NCBI GenBank assembly: GCA_040263875.1
Contig: JBDQJI010000004.1
Coordinates: forward strand, 11,984 to 75,983
Direction: 5' to 3'
Length of the DNA stretch: 64,000 bases
Origin: Alphaproteobacteria bacterium
GTDB taxonomy: Bacteria > Pseudomonadota > Alphaproteobacteria > Bin95
Under the pieces are notes generated by a model, which made no database searches, was not told the DNA's origin, and was given only the letters and a program-made list of their open reading frames with translations. This document shows, piece by piece, positions 57,610-64,000 of the stretch (its first letter is position 1; each line of letters opens with the position of its first letter). The position numbers were made by a program, and so were the translations under genes.

Positions 57610-58734
57610 CTAAGGGTGCTGGCGGCCAAATCGGATATGTGGGAAGGCGCTGAACTCACTTGGGCTGTACACTGGCGGCGCCGAAGTCAGATAGCTTGAA
57701 CCCAATTCCGCAAAGGACTGAACGCCGAGCAGGCCAAGCGCTGACTCACATTCACGCTCCAACAACTCCAACATGCGGACCAAGCCATCGATTCCGCCAG
57801 CGGCTAGCGCATAGCCTTGCATTCGGCCAATGCCAACAACGTCCGCACCCAAGATCATCGCTTTCACAATATCTGTACCGCGACAAAATCCGCCGTCGAT
57901 AGCGATTTCTGCTTTGCCGCCGACGGCCTCAACGACCTCTGGCAGCACATCAATTGCGCCCCGACCGAAGTCCAACTGACGGCCACCGTGGTTTGAGACA
58001 TAGATGCATTCGACGCCATATTCGACGGCTTTAGCAGCGTCCTCGGCTGTCGCGATGCCTTTCAGGATTAACGGCATGTCATGCTTTTCTTTGAAGCGCG
58101 CGACCTTGGCCCAATCAAAACCAGACTGGAATTTCTGTCCACTACCGCCCCGGCGGCGCCCTGCTGGCAGATATCGCCGTACAATGTCCCGCTCGCGCCT
58201 GGAATAAACAACGGTATCCACAGTGATGCAGAAAGCGCGATATCCGGCGTCCTTAGCGCGGACGGCGGCATCATCAACAAAAGCATCGTCACCGCGCACG
58301 TAAAGCTGGAACAGCGTTGGCTGATCGACGCTAGCAGCAACGGTCTCCATATCCGGCTGGCAGACGGAGCTCAGCATATGGTCCACGCCAAATGCATCAG
58401 CCCCTTTAGCCGCCGCGACACCACCGCCTTCGGCAAAACTCTCCAAGCTTCCAATCGGCGCCAGGAGGACCGGAATACGCAGATCACGGCCAAGAAAGCG
58501 CCCCGTTACGTCAGATGTAGTGACGTCCTGCAGGACCCGGGGCCGGAACGCCAAACAATCAAGCGCCAAGCGATTACGAAGATATGTGGTCTCAGTTTCC
58601 GCCGCACCCGCCAAGTAATCCCAGGTGGTATCTGGCAAATTAGCGCGAGCGCGTTCTGGGAACTCCTGGAGTGTGAGGAATTCAGGCGTAATATATCCAC
58701 CACCGGTTAGGCTGGATTGAGTCAGTTTGGTCAT
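57610..58734 (-). CDS. FMN-dependent alpha-hydroxy-acid dehydrogenase/oxidase (L-lactate dehydrogenase / glycolate oxidase family)
   Basis: 374 aa. PILLAPIG-like VLLAPIGS, LILKGI, VSNHGGRQLD, DGGFCRGTDIVKA. Confidence 0.88.
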   Translation of the reverse strand: MTKLTQSSLTGGGYITPEFLTLQEFPERARANLPDTTWDYLAGAAETETTYLRNRLALDCLAFRPRVLQDVTTSDVTGRFLGRDLRIPVLLAPIGSLESFAEGGGVAAAKGADAFGVDHMLSSVCQPDMETVAASVDQPTLFQLYVRGDDAFVDDAAVRAKDAGYRAFCITVDTVVYSRRERDIVRRYLPAGRRRGGSGQKFQSGFDWAKVARFKEKHDMPLILKGIATAEDAAKAVEYGVECIYVSNHGGRQLDFGRGAIDVLPEVVEAVGGKAEIAIDGGFCRGTDIVKAMILGADVVGIGRMQGYALAAGGIDGLVRMLELLERECESALGLLGVQSFAELGSSYLTSAPPVYSPSEFSAFPHIRFGRQHP

Positions 58735-58758
58735 GCCGCAAGAAATCCTGTTTCAAGG

Positions 58759-59859
58759 TCAAATCGAATCCACAGCTTCGATTTTGCCCGGCAGGGAAAA
58801 CTTCACAAGAGCCCCCGGACCAGCCTCTGGGGCGCGCGCAGTTATCGTGCCGCCACGGGCGTTTATCAGACGCCTGACACCCAACAGCCCAAACCCAGCG
58901 CCTTTGCGCATCTTACCTTCCTCTAGCAATGCGCCCGCATCGCCTTGAAAGCCAGTGCCGTAATCACGAACAGAGAACTCAATCACTTCGCTGCCATTAG
59001 CCACCGCAGAGATCGTCAACTTCTTTAACTTGTCTCCAGAATGCCTGAATGCATTATCAATCAAGTTTCGCAATACAATCTGCAATGCCGTTTCGTCTGC
59101 AGTGATGCGAAGATTGTCTGCCTGCACATCATGCGCGCCGGTTGGGTCAAGCATAACCATAACCCTTGAACAAAGATCACGTAGGCCAAAGGTACTGAGC
59201 TTCGGCTCTAAATCTGTCGCCTGCGCGTGAGCGAGCAGGTCTGTAATCAGCGTCTTCGCATTGGCCGACACATTATCGAGCATCTTGATGATTTCGATTT
59301 TACCATCTTTATGATCCTCAAACCCTTCGCGTAGCTGGTCGAGTAGCATCGTGATCTGCCGCATTGGCGCCCGCAGATCATGGGCGGCCAAGTTCACAAA
59401 ATTTTCGATCTCACGCATTTGCGTTTCCGCATCGATCCGCGTTTCCCGTAGCGTTTGCTCGCTTGAGATATCAGCAGAGGTCCCTACGAGAAAAACTACA
59501 TCGCCTTCGTCGTCAAATACGGGCTCCAAGTGCGTCCGCACCGTGCGCTTCTGACCACGCAGCGGCAGTGTTAGTTCGTAACTGACAGGGCGTCCGCCGA
59601 AGATTGTCTGGACATGCCGGGCATAGGCGAGTGATCCGAAACGTCCGCCGTAAATTTCTTCGGCGGTCTTGCCAATCACATCTTCAACAGCAAAGCCTGC
59701 AACATCACAGGCAAAAGCATTGAATGCGGCATAGACAGGTCGCTGGCTGTTATCAACCTTTAGTACGAAGATAGGCGACTTGACACAATCGAATGCGTCA
59801 AACGCAGCAGCGTCCATTTCTACATTCACATTCAACGATTCAGATGCGGCCATCAGCAC
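58759..59859 (-). CDS. Cytoplasmic PAS-domain sensor histidine kinase
   Basis: 366 aa. PAS-like N-terminal half, H-box LAAHDLRAPMRQI, N-box LIDNAFRHS, G-boxes RDYGTGF and GAGFGLL. Confidence 0.85.
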   Translation of the reverse strand: MLMAASESLNVNVEMDAAAFDAFDCVKSPIFVLKVDNSQRPVYAAFNAFACDVAGFAVEDVIGKTAEEIYGGRFGSLAYARHVQTIFGGRPVSYELTLPLRGQKRTVRTHLEPVFDDEGDVVFLVGTSADISSEQTLRETRIDAETQMREIENFVNLAAHDLRAPMRQITMLLDQLREGFEDHKDGKIEIIKMLDNVSANAKTLITDLLAHAQATDLEPKLSTFGLRDLCSRVMVMLDPTGAHDVQADNLRITADETALQIVLRNLIDNAFRHSGDKLKKLTISAVANGSEVIEFSVRDYGTGFQGDAGALLEEGKMRKGAGFGLLGVRRLINARGGTITARAPEAGPGALVKFSLPGKIEAVDSI

Positions 59860-59963
59860 AATTTTCCTTGTCTGCCCAGGTGCTTAAACTACCTGAGTAG
59901 CGATGGTTTGTGGCGGGCATTTGACAAAATCACCGTCAAACAACCGCTCGTTTGATGGTCGTT

Positions 59964-62321
59964 CTATCCTATAAATCGTTCAGAGCGGTTAAGCTCATCA
60001 TTAAACATACGGAGCGTGGCCTGAACCCGACCAAAGATGCTGTCTGGCGGATAGTCACCATTGTCATCGGCTTCACCGGTTGGCGTTGAAAGCAATTGCT
60101 CTAGAGCATCGGAAAGTGATTCCGCAGTCCAGATAGAAAATGTTCCAGCAGCGATAGCGCTGGTCACTTCCTCATCCAATACCAAACTATCGGCATTGCT
60201 TGCAGGCACGATGCAGCCTTGTGTTCCGGTCAACCCACCGGCTTCAACACAACTGCGGAAGAACCCTTCGACCTTGTGATGCACGCCGCCGACAGATTGT
60301 GCCACGCCGAGCTGGTTCATTGATCCCGTGATCCCAATATCCTGGCGTGCGGGCAATTGCGTTAAGTCGGAGATGATTGCAGCCGCTTCCGCCAAGGTCG
60401 CGCTATCGCCTTCCACGCCGCCATAATTCTGCTCGAACGTCATAGACGCCGTGAAGGACGGTGGAATGCGGCGAGCGAATTGGCCAGCAAAGTAGCCTTG
60501 CAAGATCATCGCTGCTTTCTGCTGGATAGGCCCACCCATGGAGACGTCACGTTCGATATTCAGCACGCCACGCCGCCCGATATAAGCCCGCGCCGTGACA
60601 CGGGATGGGCCGCCAAAGGAGTGATCGCCCTGGCTTCGGACAGTCAGACCGTTCACTTGGCCAATCACCGCGCCTTTAACGTCAATCTTGATTGCGCCCT
60701 TCTGGATTGCCTCTTGGGAGCGATCTTCAACACGCTGATTTCGGCGGAGCTTGGCTGCACGCGCGGCCTGAATATCTTCCTGCTCAATCGTGTCCTTACG
60801 ACCATTGCTGCGGGCGATGACAACGGCTTCCGCGATCAAATCATCCAGCTTTTCAAAGCGGGCGGACACCTTTGTCCGGTCAGCAGCCCAGCGGCTTGAT
60901 ATGCCAAACAGCTCCGTCAGCGCGCCTTCGGAACATGCGCATGATCCGCGCTTCTCCGCCATCTCCTGCGCTACGGCACCCAGGCCTGCGAGATTCGGCG
61001 TGGTCGCCTCCATATCGGAATCGATATCGGCCTTGATCTTGAAATAGGCCTGGAATTCAGGGTCTGCCGAAAAGCACGTATAGTACCAGCGCGGCGCGCC
61101 AACGATCACGACCTTCAGCTTCAAAGGAATTGATTTCGGCCGCGGCGCGCCAGCAATCGGAATGCCGTTGAAGCGGTGCAATTCCTCAATCTGGATCACA
61201 CCATCCCGGATGGCACCCTTCAAAAATTGCCAAGCGACAGGCTGAGAGGCCAGCGCTTCTGCACGCAGCACCAACACGCCGCCATTCGCTCGGTGCAATG
61301 ATCCAGCACGGATGAGAGAGAAGTCCGTCGCTACCCCTGCTCCCGCCTGGCGATACTCTAACTGTCCGAACAGGTTCTGGTAGGTCGGGTTAGGCTCCAG
61401 CACGACATTAGGGTGCTCATCATCTGCGTGATCAACCAGCAGATTGACCGCATATCGAATCTCCGGCGGTTGGAAACCAGGCTGCTTGGCCGCTTCAGCA
61501 CTGAACTGCTGAAGGTTCTCAACGGCGTCTTCTTTCAATGCATCAAGCCAGCGGGCGATGCCAGTATGCTCCGTGAATTCCAGCTTGACGCTATCGACGA
61601 GGAGCGCAATTGCAGATTCAGCAATCGTCTTGCTCATGCCCTGGGCCTGCTCGGCGATTTTCTTCTGTTCGCCGGCAGCCCATTCATTGAACGCACCAAG
61701 CTTGAGGCCGATTTCGCAGCCTGCCGCCTCAATTTTGCGGCGGTCTTCGTCCGGCAGGCTCAGCCATTCCGGCGCCTCTTCGCCGCCCGCACGGACGATC
61801 TGCATTCCCTGCTGCGTCTGCGCGACATCCAGGCCTTGCTCCCGCGCTTCACCGCGCAACGCTTCGAGACGTTTAGAGATTTCAGCCGCCAAGGCTTCCT
61901 GCGTCTTCCGCAAGTCAGCCTGCGCGCTCTCTTCGCCAAACGCGTGTTGCAGGCCTTCTCTAATCTGTGGGATCAGCTTGGCAACGCGGTCTCGGAATTG
62001 TCGCCCCATACCAGCGGGCAACGCCATCGGGCGTGGGCGATGGGGGCGGCGGAAGTTATTCAGATACAGCCAATCGTTCGGTGCCGACCGCTGGCGCATT
62101 TCATCTTTCAAGAACTTCAACGTCGCGGTCATCCGACCGCTGCGATCATCACCAACGACGAAAACGTTAAACCCTGGCTCCCGCATTTTCAGGCCAAGTG
62201 CCAGCGCTTCCTTAGCGCGGGCATGGCTTGTCAAGCCGAAAACATCAGGCTCCGCCAATGGCGGCGCAAACGGAAAATCGGGCATGCCAGCTTCGGCGGC
62301 AGGAATTTTCGTCAGCGCCAT
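59964..62321 (-). CDS. Lon-like protease of the LonH/YcbZ type (degenerate AAA-like N-terminal region + S16 Ser-Lys protease domain)
   Basis: 785 aa. HRANGGVLVLRAEALASQPVAWQFLK, IPLKLKVVIVG, GQVNGLTV, and FEQNYGGVEGDSATLAEAAAIISDL (catalytic Ser) with GGVHHKVEGFF (catalytic Lys). Colinear with E. coli YcbZ over the C-terminal two-thirds. Confidence 0.85.
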   Translation of the reverse strand: MALTKIPAAEAGMPDFPFAPPLAEPDVFGLTSHARAKEALALGLKMREPGFNVFVVGDDRSGRMTATLKFLKDEMRQRSAPNDWLYLNNFRRPHRPRPMALPAGMGRQFRDRVAKLIPQIREGLQHAFGEESAQADLRKTQEALAAEISKRLEALRGEAREQGLDVAQTQQGMQIVRAGGEEAPEWLSLPDEDRRKIEAAGCEIGLKLGAFNEWAAGEQKKIAEQAQGMSKTIAESAIALLVDSVKLEFTEHTGIARWLDALKEDAVENLQQFSAEAAKQPGFQPPEIRYAVNLLVDHADDEHPNVVLEPNPTYQNLFGQLEYRQAGAGVATDFSLIRAGSLHRANGGVLVLRAEALASQPVAWQFLKGAIRDGVIQIEELHRFNGIPIAGAPRPKSIPLKLKVVIVGAPRWYYTCFSADPEFQAYFKIKADIDSDMEATTPNLAGLGAVAQEMAEKRGSCACSEGALTELFGISSRWAADRTKVSARFEKLDDLIAEAVVIARSNGRKDTIEQEDIQAARAAKLRRNQRVEDRSQEAIQKGAIKIDVKGAVIGQVNGLTVRSQGDHSFGGPSRVTARAYIGRRGVLNIERDVSMGGPIQQKAAMILQGYFAGQFARRIPPSFTASMTFEQNYGGVEGDSATLAEAAAIISDLTQLPARQDIGITGSMNQLGVAQSVGGVHHKVEGFFRSCVEAGGLTGTQGCIVPASNADSLVLDEEVTSAIAAGTFSIWTAESLSDALEQLLSTPTGEADDNGDYPPDSIFGRVQATLRMFNDELNRSERFIG

Positions 62322-62375
62322 GGGGCGGCTCCTTTAATATAGGCAAGATATATTCAGTGTTAGACGTAATGCGCC

Positions 62376-63062
62376 TTAAAGCCCAAACAAGGCTGGCACA
62401 TCGGCAAGTGAGCGTACTTCAGCAACGGGTTCACCGGGCAAGCGTTCCTTAGGCGCGCCAAGGCGGTTCACCCAAACCACCCGGAAGCCAAAGCTAGCAG
62501 CCCCTGCAGCATCCCACGCGTTGGAGGAGAAAAACGCGATGTCCTGCGGTTCCAGCTTCAGACGGTCAACAGCCATTTGATAGACCCGTGCATCTGGCTT
62601 GAAGACCTCAACGTCCTCAACAGAGAAAATCACATCTAACAATGGCGTGATTTGCGAATAATTGATCGCGGAGGTCAGCATAATCGGCGCACCGTTTGAT
62701 AGAACGCCCGTCTTTAAGCCCCCGGCTTTCAGGGTTTTCAGGACCTCTGGCACTTCTTCATATGTCGGGATCGAGAGATAAAGCTGCATCAGGTCAGACC
62801 GCAGGACCAGATCGTCAATCTCCAGCGCGTCCATCGCATAGTCAAGGCTATCGCCAGTGATCGTCCAAAAATCCGTATATTCGCCCATAAGGGACCGGAG
62901 CCAGGAATACTCAAGCTGCTTGCGGCGCCATAACTCGCTCAATGCCGTGCTTTTATCGCCGACTTTAGCGGCGCGGCGGGCGACCGGGCCGATTAAATCG
63001 AATAGCGTTCCATACGCATCAAATACACATGCGCCAGCTCCTTCGAGCACCTTATCAGCCAT
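62376..63062 (-). CDS. Haloacid dehalogenase, type II (HAD superfamily)
   Basis: About 228 aa from the Met at 63060-63062. ACVFDAYGTLFD nucleophile motif, LSNG, FFSSNAWDAAGA. Confidence 0.85.
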   Translation of the reverse strand: MADKVLEGAGACVFDAYGTLFDLIGPVARRAAKVGDKSTALSELWRRKQLEYSWLRSLMGEYTDFWTITGDSLDYAMDALEIDDLVLRSDLMQLYLSIPTYEEVPEVLKTLKAGGLKTGVLSNGAPIMLTSAINYSQITPLLDVIFSVEDVEVFKPDARVYQMAVDRLKLEPQDIAFFSSNAWDAAGAASFGFRVVWVNRLGAPKERLPGEPVAEVRSLADVPALFGL

Positions 63063-63225
63063 GCAAGCTTCCTTAAAATGTCCGGCCTGATCGCCGTCTT
63101 GCATGGCAGCAATCTAAGCGCAGCGCACGTGATCCGCAAAGCACTTCCTTGCGAGCGCGGGACTTCAGGTTTATCGTCCCGCAACTCAGGCGATATGCGC
63201 CTGTGGAATGCCCGGAGGCTCTATT

Positions 63226-64000
63226 ATGTTTAGCGGTTCGTTGACGGCTCTTATTACCCCTTTCAAGAACGGCGAAGTGGACGCAAAAGCGTTCCAGGAA
63301 TTCGTCGAATGGCAAATTTCCGAAGGCTCCCACGGTTTGGTTCCGTGCGGCACCACCGGCGAGTCGCCAACCCTGAGCCATGACGAACATAAACGTGTCG
63401 TAGAGCTGTGCATCGAAACCGCCGCTGGCCGCGTGCCGGTTATTGCTGGTGCGGGCTCAAACTCCACCGCAGAAGCCATGTCGCTTGCCCAGCATGCCAA
63501 GGAAGCAGGTGCCGACGGCATTCTTGTTGTGTCGCCCTATTACAACAAGCCTAGCCAGGACGGCCTGTTTCATCACTTTGAGGCCGTGAACAACGCTGCC
63601 GATATTCCGATGATCGTCTACAATATCCCACCACGTTCCATCGTAGACATCACCCCGCAGACCATGGCGCGGATCGCCAAGCTCTCCAACGTCGTTGGCG
63701 TGAAAGACGCGACGATGGATCTGGCGCGCCCATTGGTCGAGAAAAACTTGATCGGCAAAGATTGGTGCATGCTTTCTGGCGAAGATGGCACAGCAGTGCC
63801 TTACTTGGCGCAAGGCGGCGTTGGCTGCATTTCTGTGACAGCAAATGTGGCACCGAAGCTTTGCTCCATGATGCATGAAGCCTGGCAACAGGGTGCCATG
63901 GAACGGGTGACGCAGCTGAATGACAGCCTGATCCCGCTGCATCTCGCTATGTTCCAGGAACCCAGCCCAGCAGGTGCCAAATACGGAGCCAGCTTGCTCG
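63226..64000 (+). CDS. dapA: 4-hydroxy-tetrahydrodipicolinate synthase (3' end lies outside the window)
   Basis: Hand-translated. ATG at 63226 with GGAGG 7 nt upstream. [19 protein letters not shown]...[18 protein letters not shown]...[10 protein letters not shown]...SPYYNKP...VYNIPPRS...GVKDAT. Open to the window edge, so absent from the ORF track. Confidence 0.93.
   Translation, partial: MFSGSLTALITPFKNGEVDAKAFQEFVEWQISEGSHGLVPCGTTGESPTLSHDEHKRVVELCIETAAGRVPVIAGAGSNSTAEAMSLAQHAKEAGADGILVVSPYYNKPSQDGLFHHFEAVNNAADIPMIVYNIPPRSIVDITPQTMARIAKLSNVVGVKDATMDLARPLVEKNLIGKDWCMLSGEDGTAVPYLAQGGVGCISVTANVAPKLCSMMHEAWQQGAMERVTQLNDSLIPLHLAMFQEPSPAGAKYGASLL

Noticed and set aside
59964-62321. The Lon-like protease considered as BrxL of a BREX phage-defence system.
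   Set aside because: No brxA/B/C, pglX or pglZ genes, and no methyltransferase, occur nearby. The sequence is colinear with chromosomal LonH/YcbZ-type proteins instead.

Overview
This is a GC-rich, very densely coding chromosomal segment, and I read it as alphaproteobacterial. The lineage markers are ChpT (the CckA-ChpT-CtrA phosphotransferase), the DUF1476 zeta inhibitor of the F1Fo-ATPase, an IalB-family protein, dapF-mtaB-ftsY synteny, and purCSQL followed by bolA-grxD. I can support about 65 protein-coding genes. Two are cut by the window edges and are missing from the ORF track: a TauD/TfdA dioxygenase at 1..614 (-) and dapA at 63226..64000 (+). Most of the content is housekeeping: ftsY, mtaB, dapF, nadK, moaA, mobA, lptD, uvrB, nhaA, queF, purCSQL, grxD and dapA. 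The rest is mainly small catabolic clusters: family III CoA-transferases with 2-hydroxyacid dehydrogenases, a gentisate-dioxygenase-type cupin, an otnK-ltnD four-carbon acid-sugar module, and a DUF35/thiolase/SDR lipid module. I found no rRNA, tRNA, CRISPR array, transposase, integrase or prophage gene. The intergenic gaps are all shorter than about 180 bp. The accessory-looking content is small. (1) The most interesting locus is a 204-aa membrane-anchored protein at 55980..56928 whose C-terminal domain looks like the bacterial RNase A-superfamily CdiA-CT toxin. It overlaps a CdiI-like immunity gene by 14 nt, and no CDI, T6SS or Rhs delivery gene is present anywhere in the window. (2) A parDE toxin-antitoxin islet sits behind a perfect 17-bp inverted repeat that overlaps a promoter-like element. 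(3) A secreted or membrane His-rich and Arg-rich protein is built from a 33-bp tandem repeat whose copies differ only at synonymous sites. (4) A NodF/NodE-like ACP plus ketosynthase pair occurs with no other nod or fab genes. Other observations include chpT overlapping the mobA stop codon, two hairpins that would sequester Shine-Dalgarno sequences, a LonH/YcbZ-like protease with degenerate ATPase motifs, and a DUF1028 gene co-operonic with otnK-ltnD. All family assignments come from reading motifs by eye. None was confirmed by a database search.
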